Part shown: positions 27,334 through 35,874 of the stretch, one piece after another
Position numbering within the stretch: the first letter of the stretch is position 1
How the letters are laid out: each line of letters opens with the position of its first letter
Virus record (IMG/VR): IMGVR_UViG_3300047552_000616
Location: 1 to 51,683 of that record
Strand: one strand, 5' to 3'
Source: a virus
Lineage: Duplodnaviria; Caudoviricetes
DNA: 51,683 nt
Translations under genes and position numbers: made by a program
Notes under the pieces: generated by a model
The model's database searches: none
Seen by the model: the letters and a program-made list of their open reading frames with translations, nothing else
Told to the model about the DNA's origin: nothing

Positions 27334-27707
27334 ACATTCACACTGGCATAAAAGTTATCAATTGCTTTCTGTGTTGATTCGAGCCTCTGGTATTCTGGAA
27401 TCTCTTTTGAGAACTCCACTTCTAATTCAACAAGTGCATTGCATAGATCGCAAGCGATGTTCTTCCATGTTGTGGTGTCTGGCACTTGCATAAGTGGAGG
27501 ACTATCCTTGAAGTCCCGTAACCGTTCCCCAAGAATGTTAGAATACTGAACCATGATTTCATGTTGTCGCTTGAGTAAAATCTTGTGCCGATCAGACACC
27601 CCGAAGAGCAAGCGTCCAGAGATGAAGTCATACAGGCGGGCAATTTTGGAATCCAGTTCCTGCTTTTCCGTTGCTACCCGTTCTTCTACATTTTCAGATA
27701 TTTTCAT
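27330..27707 (-). CDS. crAss001_48-like coiled-coil protein between helicase fragments
   Basis: RVATEKQELDSKIARLYDFI...LLKRQHEIMVQYSNILGERL. Confidence 0.6.
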   Translation of the reverse strand: MKISENVEERVATEKQELDSKIARLYDFISGRLLFGVSDRHKILLKRQHEIMVQYSNILGERLRDFKDSPPLMQVPDTTTWKNIACDLCNALVELEVEFSKEIPEYQRLESTQKAIDNFYASVNV

Positions 27708-27710
27708 ATG

Positions 27711-28064
27711 TTACTTGATTTGTTTTATTTGTTGTTGAGAGATAAGAATTAGAATAATGATTACCAAAACAATCTGAACCAAATTAAATGGTTCTTTTTG
27801 AAGACCTGAAAGCCATCCCAGAACAACCAGCAGTAAAACAATGGTTATCATGGTTCCATTGCAAATGTCAGCAGCATCCGTCATCCCCTGCTTCCATGCG
27901 TCGAGTTGGATTTGTTTGACAAATTCCATTAAGTTCTCTGCGCTATGCTCTGATTCATAGGAGAATGTTAGTGATGATAGACTTGTAGCTTTCTTTTCTT
28001 TGGTGTATTGAAAGTCAGGTATAACTGTATCTTCATTCATTACCCACTCTTCTGCTGTTTTCAT
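27711..28064 (-). CDS. Hypothetical protein with C-terminal TM hairpin between helicase fragments
   Basis: MKTAEEW...QLDAWKQG followed by two hydrophobic segments. Confidence 0.55.
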   Translation of the reverse strand: MKTAEEWVMNEDTVIPDFQYTKEKKATSLSSLTFSYESEHSAENLMEFVKQIQLDAWKQGMTDAADICNGTMITIVLLLVVLGWLSGLQKEPFNLVQIVLVIIILILISQQQIKQIK

Positions 28065-28071
28065 ATCTTAT

Positions 28072-29058
28072 TTATTCTTGCTTATAGCTAGCCACTTCTT
28101 CAACATTCATCTCTACCCCACACCCAACACTAACAACCTTAGCTTCACTAACTTTAGTGAATGGTGTTGCGCTGGCGAATACGAATCTTAACAAAGGATG
28201 TCCTATGTCACATGCTGCCTGGAATACTTTGCTTTGCATACTCTTCTCATTCTTTACAGCCTGACATTCATCTAGGATAAACAATACAGGATGGAATAAC
28301 TTCCATTTGATTTCATCTTCCTCCTGCCCATATCTAATTACTGTCTTCCAATCAATATACATCTCCCCAAAGCTAGCCCGGAGTTGATCGTAGTTGGTTA
28401 GCAAGACATCTCGTTTCATATCTAGTCCGAACCAATTAGTTAGCACTCTTCTAGTTTGTTCCACGATACTAGCTTTTGTCACGTAGAATACACTATATGG
28501 GCATAAGTGTTTGCCTTTGATGACTCCCGACTCTATGCTATCACTAATGAACTGACCCAATACGAATGTCTTACCTGTGCCTACACCTGCCGGAATTAGT
28601 GCGCCACGTAGGTTATCTATCCACAATCTAGTGAATAGATTTCTTGCTGCTTCTCGCTGTGGTTTGTAGAGAAACAATCCCGGCTTAGCTTTAGGGGATT
28701 TGTGTAGCTTCAGCTTAGTCGTTGCGTTATCTTCGGGGAACTTATCGCCACATGTAGTAGAGAATACTGTTTCGTAACTAGAGTCCGGGAAGCCTACAGT
28801 ATCTCCGGGGAAATGCAGGTTAGCTAGTTCGGGAGGGAGTTTGGATCTATCAAGCCTAGGGGATTGGGATTCTTCTTTCGCCATCGCACTACTCGTCGCA
28901 GGCAAGCTAGCTTTTGTTGTAGTAATGAGGGCTGTTGAACTTTTGCTTTCTTCTTGTTTGTTTTTGTTTTCATTTTTATTGCCTGGTAACCTTAAGTTAT
29001 TCCAATTGATTGGCGTAGGTTTAGGTAGAATTGTTTTCATTTCATATATTCTTCTCAA
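28072..29058 (-). CDS. SF2 helicase, N-terminal ATPase (RecA1) fragment (likely start 29040)
   Basis: Q-motif LYKPQ, Walker A GVGTGKT, TNYDQLR, Walker B ILDECQ, motif III ASATPF. Confidence 0.85.
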   Translation of the reverse strand: MRRIYEMKTILPKPTPINWNNLRLPGNKNENKNKQEESKSSTALITTTKASLPATSSAMAKEESQSPRLDRSKLPPELANLHFPGDTVGFPDSSYETVFSTTCGDKFPEDNATTKLKLHKSPKAKPGLFLYKPQREAARNLFTRLWIDNLRGALIPAGVGTGKTFVLGQFISDSIESGVIKGKHLCPYSVFYVTKASIVEQTRRVLTNWFGLDMKRDVLLTNYDQLRASFGEMYIDWKTVIRYGQEEDEIKWKLFHPVLFILDECQAVKNEKSMQSKVFQAACDIGHPLLRFVFASATPFTKVSEAKVVSVGCGVEMNVEEVASYKQE

Positions 29059-29494
29059 TTTCTCCGAGGTATTTATCTAGTGGAAATCCCGGTAAGTTCT
29101 TGCGAATCATTTCGGGATTCTTTGTCATGGCATTAACCATCATCAAGAACATGGGACTGCTGGCAATGTCAATACCTTGATGTTCCTTCATCCACTTAGC
29201 CATTGCTAATGCTAGTCCACCTTGAACAAGTGCTTCCTTATTGCGCTTAGCCATCCCGGCCTTAGCGCGATCTTGTTTCTCCTTGTCAGATTCCCAGTCC
29301 GTTCGGTTCCAAATTACTGGTGCTTTGTCGGGAGAGTCTGGCTTGATTAATACCAGTGTTGGTGGCAGTGAACTATTTAACTTTTCCAATGCTTCAACTA
29401 CTGGCTTACTTGGGCAATATCTATCGCGACCACGTAAGAGGAAGTGATGGAATTCTTCTATGTCTGTGAAGCGAAAGGTTATTGTTATTTCCAT
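29042..29494 (-). CDS. Hypothetical protein
   Basis: ATG at 29494, MEITITF. Confidence 0.6.
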   Translation of the reverse strand: MEITITFRFTDIEEFHHFLLRGRDRYCPSKPVVEALEKLNSSLPPTLVLIKPDSPDKAPVIWNRTDWESDKEKQDRAKAGMAKRNKEALVQGGLALAMAKWMKEHQGIDIASSPMFLMMVNAMTKNPEMIRKNLPGFPLDKYLGEIEKNI

Positions 29495-29498
29495 TAGG

Positions 29499-29714
29499 CT
29501 AGCCTTTCTTTTCTTCAAAGTTAATACACCCAAAGTTCTCACCCATTAAGACATCACTATCCCATCCACATACAATACCAATATCGCGAGAACTTCCATC
29601 AAACCTTGTGATATTGGGGGGAACGATAGAGCATGAGCCTAGGGGATGGCTAGTCATGTCTGCAAATTCTGTTGTTGATTTATAGTGTTTGCAATTCTTA
29701 CAGATAGGTTTCAT
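29499..29714 (-). CDS. Small Cys-rich metal-binding protein
   Basis: CKNCKHY...GSC...FGCINFE. Confidence 0.65.
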   Translation of the reverse strand: MKPICKNCKHYKSTTEFADMTSHPLGSCSIVPPNITRFDGSSRDIGIVCGWDSDVLMGENFGCINFEEKKG

Positions 29715-29715
29715 A

Positions 29716-30096
29716 TTAGATTAGCCGTTCTTCTATCTTAACATATATTGTTTGTGGTTCAAAGGATCTTTCCTTGAAGTTTTCTATCCAAGATTCCATT
29801 GCAGTATGTGTATCATACCATACAGCATAGCATGGATCATCTGGATCAAGATGTGGATAGGAATATTCCAAACATGAATATTCTCTACTCCATCTTATCT
29901 GTAACTCTATTCCACCCTCTAGCTTTTCACCATCAAAAGCTATTGTTAGTTTAATATCTTTTGGAAGATCTTTCTTCTCTATGATAGTGGGGAAGAATTT
30001 CCACACAAAGTCAGAGCATATGAATGGAGAATCATATTGTGGACTATAGTATGCTCCATGATAACTGTGGAGAAATAGATCAATAGATTGTTTCAT
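29716..30096 (-). CDS. Hypothetical protein
   Basis: 126 aa; operon packing. Confidence 0.6.
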   Translation of the reverse strand: MKQSIDLFLHSYHGAYYSPQYDSPFICSDFVWKFFPTIIEKKDLPKDIKLTIAFDGEKLEGGIELQIRWSREYSCLEYSYPHLDPDDPCYAVWYDTHTAMESWIENFKERSFEPQTIYVKIEERLI

Positions 30097-30105
30097 GTTA
30101 TGGTA

Positions 30106-30426
30106 TTAGCCTTTCTTAGCCTTAGCCTTCCCCTTCCCACCAAACACATAAGCTTGCCATGCTTTCCATACACTCTGGGCTTTCTCCCCTGTATAGCTTA
30201 AGCTATGGTTTGCTGTGAGTTGGAGATATAATACGGGTGTCCAGATATCATAGATGCCTAGATTCTTAGCCATCAAGATATCCTTAGCTGTTCCCAATGG
30301 ATATCCTCTAGCTGTGGGAATTACCGGCCTTGTGTCCATTCGCATCCCGTGTTGGTTTGCCCACATTAGTTTGGCCCATTGGACATGGCGTAGGTTGACT
30401 ACTGCTTTGTTGTCTATGATTTTCAT
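30106..30426 (-). CDS. Hypothetical protein
   Basis: 106 aa. Confidence 0.6.
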   Translation of the reverse strand: MKIIDNKAVVNLRHVQWAKLMWANQHGMRMDTRPVIPTARGYPLGTAKDILMAKNLGIYDIWTPVLYLQLTANHSLSYTGEKAQSVWKAWQAYVFGGKGKAKAKKG

Positions 30427-30519
30427 ACTCGTAATGGCGATCTTCTTTATCTTGTGCTTTAGGTTGTAGCTTAGGGGATTCAGGTTTGAATCTATCGAAG
30501 AAGTTAGGGGATGGTTTGT

Positions 30520-30924
30520 TCATGCGATAGTATGATTGGTTTCATATGATGGATAAATTAACTCTGCGATTGGTGTAATGGAATCACATTCAAGAGCATG
30601 TTCACAGCCATAAGCAGGTCGCTTATAATTAAATGGCGATGACAGACTATAAACAGTGTCTGGTGCCAACTTAACTCCGGTTGCCCGACAAAGAAAGACG
30701 CGACGGTTTTCTCTTGGTACTAGAAGAAATTCTCCACATAATTCCTTGTCAATGTCCATTCCAAAAGCAAACAATCCAAACTTCCAGCCTTTACGTTTCC
30801 TTGTTGTCTTGCCTATGGCATAGTGTTTGGTGAATCTTTTGTTGTCTCTGCATGAATTAGTGTAGAGTGATGTTTGATCTGTTCTTGTAATCTTATAGAC
30901 TATAGTGGTAGTTTGTTTATTCAT
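30520..30924 (-). CDS. Hypothetical protein
   Basis: 134 aa. Confidence 0.6.
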   Translation of the reverse strand: MNKQTTTIVYKITRTDQTSLYTNSCRDNKRFTKHYAIGKTTRKRKGWKFGLFAFGMDIDKELCGEFLLVPRENRRVFLCRATGVKLAPDTVYSLSSPFNYKRPAYGCEHALECDSITPIAELIYPSYETNHTIA

Positions 30925-30930
30925 AAAATG

Positions 30931-31272
30931 TTAACAGAATTCCAATGTCTTTTTCCAGTTAGCACATTCTTCCATTCCTTTTGCAAGAAGAAGTGCTTGT
31001 TGCTTATCATAATCAGTATCATCCCAGCTTTCGATTAGTCTCCTTAATCGCGGAGCGACTTTCTTGCAAAGAGTGTGTGAAATTGTTCCATCACAATCTG
31101 AATGATTAAGTAATATGCATATAGGATCTTGGATATTTTTCCATGATAAATCTCCTCCAAATCCTTGCATTGAATCAAGATTAATACCTATTTCTTTAGC
31201 TAGCTTTCGTCTGAATGCACTGAAGCCAGAGTAAGACCAATGTGCTTCTGCTCCATTAAAATCTAGTCCCAT
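30931..31272 (-). CDS. Conserved phage hypothetical protein
   Basis: WSYSGFSAFRRKLA...LLNHSDCDG. Confidence 0.65.
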   Translation of the reverse strand: MGLDFNGAEAHWSYSGFSAFRRKLAKEIGINLDSMQGFGGDLSWKNIQDPICILLNHSDCDGTISHTLCKKVAPRLRRLIESWDDTDYDKQQALLLAKGMEECANWKKTLEFC

Positions 31273-31276
31273 AATA

Positions 31277-31525
31277 TTATGTTTCCTTTCTCACTTCCCA
31301 ATGCACACAACCAAACAATGCGCCAACACTAATGGTAATCCCATCCGTTAGTGCTGTGCTTTCCGCGCTGTGGTCACAGACTACCTGACTACTGTATAGT
31401 TCTGTGACATCATATTGGAATGCCATCTTATGCTCACAAGTTCCATGTGTTGGAACGGGAGCATGTTTATCTATTGCTATTAGTCGTTGCCAATGCTGGC
31501 AATCTTTACATCTGTTGGGGTTCAT
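31277..31525 (-). CDS. Small Cys-rich metal-binding protein, paralog of 29499..29714
   Basis: CKDCQHW...GTC...FGCVHWE; ATG at 31525. Confidence 0.6.
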   Translation of the reverse strand: MNPNRCKDCQHWQRLIAIDKHAPVPTHGTCEHKMAFQYDVTELYSSQVVCDHSAESTALTDGITISVGALFGCVHWEVRKET

Positions 31526-31685
31526 TGCTCTTGTTCGCTTTCTCTTTCCAAGTTTCCACAATCTTTTCATCCCGTGCCTTGATATATGTTCCCATGCTAG
31601 CTGGCCACATAACAGCGGCGCGATGGTGGTTAGATTGCTTCTGTTGTTTCTTGTGTTCTGTGTATTCTTGTTTAGTCATAAATCA

Positions 31686-31871
31686 TTATCGAGTCCTTAA
31701 TGCTTGGCGAAGCTTGGGGATATTTACTTCAATGACATAGTTTAATCCTTGTTCTATACATTCTCCAACAAGGAATTCTTTTGTTGTTTCTTTTTGGCGC
31801 TTTAAGTCACGGATTTCATCTGTTCTTTTTTCGTATTGGTTAAGTGCATCACGAAGTTTATCTGTGTTCAT
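31686..31871 (-). CDS. Hypothetical coiled-coil protein
   Basis: 61 aa. Confidence 0.55.
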   Translation of the reverse strand: MNTDKLRDALNQYEKRTDEIRDLKRQKETTKEFLVGECIEQGLNYVIEVNIPKLRQALRTR

Positions 31872-31918
31872 ATGTGTAGGTAGTATAGGTAGTATGTAGA
31901 TTAGTTAATAGAAACACT

Positions 31919-31962
31919 AAAACCCTATAGGGATTTGATGTTATCTCTACCCTATAGGGTTT
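31919..31962 (-). terminator. Intrinsic terminator
   Basis: AAACCCTATAGGG...CCCTATAGGGTTTT after 31999..32559; each arm is itself palindromic. Confidence 0.75.
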
Positions 31963-31998
31963 GCGTTGCTATGGATGGTAGACTGTTGCTAGCTAGCT

Positions 31999-32559
31999 TT
32001 AGGCCGCAGCTTCAGCAGCAGGTTCACCTTCCTTGCGCTTGCGTGACTTCCTGTCAGCTGCTTCCTTCAACGCCTGAGCCTCAGCTTGCAACTGCATCAC
32101 CCGACCAAGCATCTCGATAGTAGCCGTACCACTGTTAATCGCGGCGGTAGCATCAGCCGCTGCCTTGTTCATCTCCGCGAACTTATCATCAAACAAGGCC
32201 AACAGTTCGGCCTTAGTTTCAGTCCGGGAGCTGAGTTCACTCCAGAACTTAGCAACCTTATCCAGATCCAATGCGCCTGCTGGATCTGTGGCATCTTCCA
32301 TGACAGTCTGTGCCATCTGACGCACTTTGGCTGTCAGGTAGTCAATGATAGTTTCCACGCCGAAGAACTTGACAAGGTTATCCCAATTCCCCTTGTCAAA
32401 AAACTTAGGTGATGGCATGTAGAAATACTCCGCAGGCTGTCCTTCCTTCACTCGTTTCTTGTCCTCAACGAGCACGACACTTACGCCATTGCGTTCAATG
32501 GGCAATGGTTCAAGCGTTACGGGAGTAGCAGTCGCGGGGGTAGTGTTATTGTCTGGCAT
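31999..32559 (-). CDS. Hypothetical protein with its own promoter and terminator (probably highly expressed)
   Basis: 186 aa, Ala-rich helical, basic tail RKSRKRK; A-rich leader. Confidence 0.75.
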   Translation of the reverse strand: MPDNNTTPATATPVTLEPLPIERNGVSVVLVEDKKRVKEGQPAEYFYMPSPKFFDKGNWDNLVKFFGVETIIDYLTAKVRQMAQTVMEDATDPAGALDLDKVAKFWSELSSRTETKAELLALFDDKFAEMNKAAADATAAINSGTATIEMLGRVMQLQAEAQALKEAADRKSRKRKEGEPAAEAAA

Positions 32560-32670
32560 ATGTTTTATTTACTTGTTTATCTTGTTTGTTTACTCGGACT
32601 ATGTAAGTTAATAGCTTTGTGTCTACACACGTAGATTAAGTTATTAACTAAATTCTATAATGGATAGCTT

Positions 32671-32687
32671 TAGCAAAAAGCATGCCA
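32671..32687 (-). promoter_or_regulatory. sigma54 -24/-12 promoter
   Basis: TGGCATG-CTTT-TTGCTA, intergenic, upstream of 32559. Confidence 0.85.
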
Positions 32688-32730
32688 TGTTGTGAGATAG
32701 GTTGAGGATACGTTAACGGGTAAAGATAGC

Positions 32731-32892
32731 CTACTCTCTTTCAATCAAATACAATATTCCACTTGCTATCATCACAATTCCCATTAGACTAAGTCCCAAT
32801 GTGTGATATTCATAGGCTCTGTATATGGCTAGACTGCCGGTAACAATTAAACTTAAGCCAAATAGGAGATTAAGTTTTAGGAGAGCTTTCAT
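32731..32892 (-). CDS. Small two-TM membrane protein (53 aa, not in ORF track)
   Basis: MKALLKLNLLFGLSLIVTGSLAIY...LGLSLMGIVMIASGILYLIERE; ATGA overlap. Confidence 0.6.
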   Translation of the reverse strand: MKALLKLNLLFGLSLIVTGSLAIYRAYEYHTLGLSLMGIVMIASGILYLIERE

Positions 32893-33143
32893 TCAATCTC
32901 TATTGTATCAGCTATATCATAGCTTACATTGTCGTTTGTATAGCGTCCATCCCTATCTTCATCATACCTAAGATTGTGGAATTTAGAATCGAGCTGTTCA
33001 ATCCATTCAGATACAGCATCACGATTTGATGCCATAACTATGAATTGTTCTGTATGCTTAACATCATCTGATACTGTGATCCATGACAATGTTATGAGAT
33101 AGGGAAGCTTAAGTTCAACTGTGATGGGCATAAATCCTTTCAA
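32889..33143 (-). CDS. Hypothetical protein
   Basis: 84 aa acidic ORF. Confidence 0.55.
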   Translation of the reverse strand: MKGFMPITVELKLPYLITLSWITVSDDVKHTEQFIVMASNRDAVSEWIEQLDSKFHNLRYDEDRDGRYTNDNVSYDIADTIEIE

Positions 33144-33306
33144 TGTGGATATTCTTACGGCTACCGGTTATCCACACGGAGCATTGGATATGTTGCTGAT
33201 TAGGTCGCGACGGTTGAAGCATGGCCTTAGCTTTCCGGCCACTTCGCACCGATTGTGTTACTGGCTTGCTGCCATTGACGATTCTGGTTTTCGATTGCTT
33301 GGTCAT
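33115..33306 (-). CDS. Small basic hypothetical protein
   Basis: MTKQSKTRIV...; start at 33306. Confidence 0.4.
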   Translation of the reverse strand: MTKQSKTRIVNGSKPVTQSVRSGRKAKAMLQPSRPNQQHIQCSVWITGSRKNIHIERIYAHHS

Positions 33307-33442
33307 ATGTTTCTCTACTTTCTCTTTCCCTTTCACCACAGGGATAGCATAGGTTTTTGTGTTGGGGATGTCTGCAGCTGATAATGCAGCCACAGTAATT
33401 GCATAGGCGGTTGTTGCTCACGTTATTGGATCTCCAAGTCAT
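33227..33442 (-). CDS. Small zinc-finger-like protein
   Basis: CNYCG...LCYPCG. Confidence 0.45.
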   Translation of the reverse strand: MTWRSNNVSNNRLCNYCGCIISCRHPQHKNLCYPCGERERESRETYDQAIENQNRQWQQASNTIGAKWPES

Positions 33443-33505
33443 ATGGCCATCTTGCTATGGGAGTTAATGCGAATTCTTCAATTGTGTGGTTATTCATAAC
33501 TTTTC

Positions 33506-33693
33506 TTTAATCTCACCAGAAAACTAATCCCCGGAGGGAATTACTATCTACATTACGGTCATGCGTTATACAATAACTAACTAACTAACTAACTAATCCA
33601 CGATAACAACTCAGTCAACTTTTGTAAGTGTCGTTGAAGTTGAGGGGATACTAACAGGGGATATTTGGGGATTAGTTTTCTGGGAAGATTAAA
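33506..33693. repeat. Long inverted repeat enclosing a (TAAC)n tandem repeat
   Basis: tttaatct-ca-ccagaaaactaatcccc / ggggattagttttctgg-ga-agattaaa; taactaactaactaactaactaa at ~33574-33596. Confidence 0.8.
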
Positions 33694-33729
33694 TTAATAT
33701 TTAATCTTCTTTGGTAGTAATATTAACTA

Positions 33730-33918
33730 CTAAATATCTTTACTATTAAGTATAACTGTTGCTATACTATCTCGAAAATCTATAAAAGCATCTGTAGACA
33801 AAGACCAATATATGGTAGCATTGATCTCTTTCTTATCATACTTTTCTTTGATAGTATTTTGTAGCTTAATGTAGTTAGCTTTGTGCTTTCGGATTTTATT
33901 TATTGTTGTTTTGTTCAT
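33730..33918 (-). CDS. Hypothetical protein
   Basis: MNKTTINKIRKH..., ATG at 33918. Confidence 0.55.
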   Translation of the reverse strand: MNKTTINKIRKHKANYIKLQNTIKEKYDKKEINATIYWSLSTDAFIDFRDSIATVILNSKDI

Positions 33919-33998
33919 AAGAAAGGGGAAAGGGCAAGCTACTGTCACGTTAGTTGCCCCTTTTGTTGTTATTTAAATGGCCTAAGTGCTAAGTGCTA

Positions 33999-34014
33999 AG
34001 CACATAGAATGCCA
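33999..34014 (-). promoter_or_regulatory. Candidate sigma54 promoter
   Basis: TGGCATT-CTAT-GTGCT, GG-N10-GC, intergenic, upstream of 33918. Confidence 0.55.
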
Positions 34015-34377
34015 TCGCCCTAGTTTATGAAAGCCAGAATCCGGTATTATATTCAGGTTACTGGTAAGACTGCGCATTGAGGCAGTATTCTAGCTTTAGC
34101 TAAGGACTCATCCAGTCTAACACTTGCGCAAGGTTAAGTGAGCTTACTTTATAATTAGTGCTCTACTTCTCAAAAACCTACCGCATTACTTGTTCCCGGA
34201 TGTTTCGCGATGGCAATAGTTCAGCCATTACAGTGATTATTAAGTTATCATCTTTCATTTAGCTATGTCGGACATAGCATCTAGTTATTCGGCAGCCTAT
34301 CTATTGCTAGATAACTTTCCTTTAGCTAGTATGTCAAAGGAACTAAAGTGGTGGAAATTATTGTTAGCTTTAGCTTA

Positions 34378-34536
34378 CTAAATCTTAGCATATCCCCTTA
34401 TGCTAATATATCTTCCCCTTACAAATCCACTTTCCCGGCCTTTCGCAATTCTTTTGCTAGGGGCGGAATTCTTGGCTATTTTGATTTGTTTGGCTTTCCA
34501 AAAGCCAAGGAGTCTGTTGAATTCTTGCTTACTCAT
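34378..34536 (-). CDS. Small basic protein (52 aa, not in ORF track)
   Basis: MSKQEFNRLLGFWKAKQIKIAKNS...GYAKI. Confidence 0.45.
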   Translation of the reverse strand: MSKQEFNRLLGFWKAKQIKIAKNSAPSKRIAKGRESGFVRGRYISIRGYAKI

Positions 34537-34554
34537 AAAGTCTAAGGTGGTGCG

Positions 34555-34609
34555 GAAAAAGAATAAGGGCGGGAGAGTAGGCTTTATCAGCCCTAACTCT
34601 CCCGCCCTT
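34555..34609 (-). terminator. Strong intrinsic terminator after first early gene
   Basis: AAGGGCGGGAGAGT...ACTCTCCCGCCCTT followed by ATTCTTTTT. Confidence 0.8.
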
Positions 34610-34622
34610 GCTGGTCTATCTT

Positions 34623-35051
34623 TTACTTCAGCCCATCAATCCACTTCACGAATTTCTCTGCCAAGTGCCATTGCGTATTGACTACGCTAATGTTGTGCTT
34701 CAATGCCTCGTTGGCGTAAGCTACGGCCCTTGCGATTGCGATGCTGAACGTTTCGGCACAACCTTTGACTTTGCAGGACTCTCCCAAAGTCAGTTGGCCA
34801 TTATCATTGACTTTCTTGCCCAGCTTAACACTGACTTCAGCGTCACGCATATAGGCGCCAAAGTCAGAACCGAATTGCCGTGCAACTTTCTCGGCCTTGT
34901 CGGAAGTCAGCTTGAAAATACGCTGACTGTCCTGATACAGTTCCTTCATGGCCAAGCTATATCGGCCATTGCCAAAACTGATTTCAGCTTGCTTCGCGTT
35001 GGATTGCTGGTTATTGGATTGCGTTGCGTTCTCAACTGTAGGTGTAGACAT
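34623..35051 (-). CDS. First early gene, hypothetical (142 aa)
   Basis: ATG at 35051 (MSTPTVEN); GC-richer than neighbours; has its own promoter and terminator. Confidence 0.7.
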   Translation of the reverse strand: MSTPTVENATQSNNQQSNAKQAEISFGNGRYSLAMKELYQDSQRIFKLTSDKAEKVARQFGSDFGAYMRDAEVSVKLGKKVNDNGQLTLGESCKVKGCAETFSIAIARAVAYANEALKHNISVVNTQWHLAEKFVKWIDGLK

Positions 35052-35198
35052 AACTCTTAGCTTGTGTTTTACTGTTTCCTCATGCACCGTTCGCTTCTGG
35101 CGAACATTCAAGCGCACAAGGCAAATCCAGAACTGCCAACGCATTCCCGGTTCACTGCTTCGCGACGGCAGATTTCTCCGCCCGCCCGCATGACCAGC

Positions 35199-35266
35199 TT
35201 GTCAAAGATCTGAGGAGAACCTAGCACATCTCTCCATCTTGGCAACATTTATTTTACATTTTTTTT
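35199..35266 (-). promoter_or_regulatory. rRNA-like sigma70 early promoter with UP element and boxA-like site
   Basis: A-tract UP element, TTGCCA-16 bp-TAGGTT (with upstream TG), then GATCTTTGACAA at 35210-35199. Confidence 0.55.
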
Positions 35267-35391
35267 CTAATCATGACAACCATATCCTTTAACTTCCTCT
35301 TATATCATCTATTCTACTTTTCACCCTACTTTCCCATTACTTCCCCTTGTATAACTACCGTTTGCAAGTTTCGGAAAATATGCCCCTATGG

Positions 35392-35455
35392 CTTATATAA
35401 TATATATATATAATATACATATATATATACTATAGTATATCTAATTATTAATTAA
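35392..35455. other. AT-only tract in the divergent intergenic region (possible origin or terminus element)
   Basis: ttatataatatatatataatatacatatatatatactatagtatatctaattattaattaa. Confidence 0.45.
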
Positions 35456-35790
35456 ATGCGTATAACTTATTTCAGTAGCCAGACAACCAGAGGGAGCAAA
35501 ATTAGCCTAGATTCAGAATGTTAGTATACTCCGGGATTCTTTACCCTACCAAGCAATCTTAGCCCATACTATACCTTTTGCTCCATTTAGGAAATTAGCT
35601 AAATGGCTAAATGTCCTTGCCCACTACCAAAGCCATCCCGAACTATCTAGACGGCAACCATAGCCACCCATCCCCCCAGAAACGAAATCCGAATCCTATA
35701 CATGCACTCTCTTTTCCCCACCCTAAAATATCTCCATGCGCAGAAGGGTAAGATAAGAGGAGGTAAGTGGAGGGGGCAGAAGATATTAAA

Positions 35791-35807
35791 TGGCATGGGG
35801 GGTGCTA
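35791..35807 (+). promoter_or_regulatory. sigma54 promoter for packaging/head operon
   Basis: TGGCATG-GGGG-GTGCTA, GG-N10-GC, upstream of terS. Confidence 0.7.
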
Positions 35808-35874
35808 GAGGATAGGGGATTATGAATACTGTTGATGACATACTAGAAAATAACGATTTGAAGAGATTAGTCTA

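Noticed and set aside
34100-34215. Hammerhead ribozyme (CUGGAUGAG and CGAAAC on the - strand)
   Set aside because: The core is not CUGAUGA and the stems do not fit the topology
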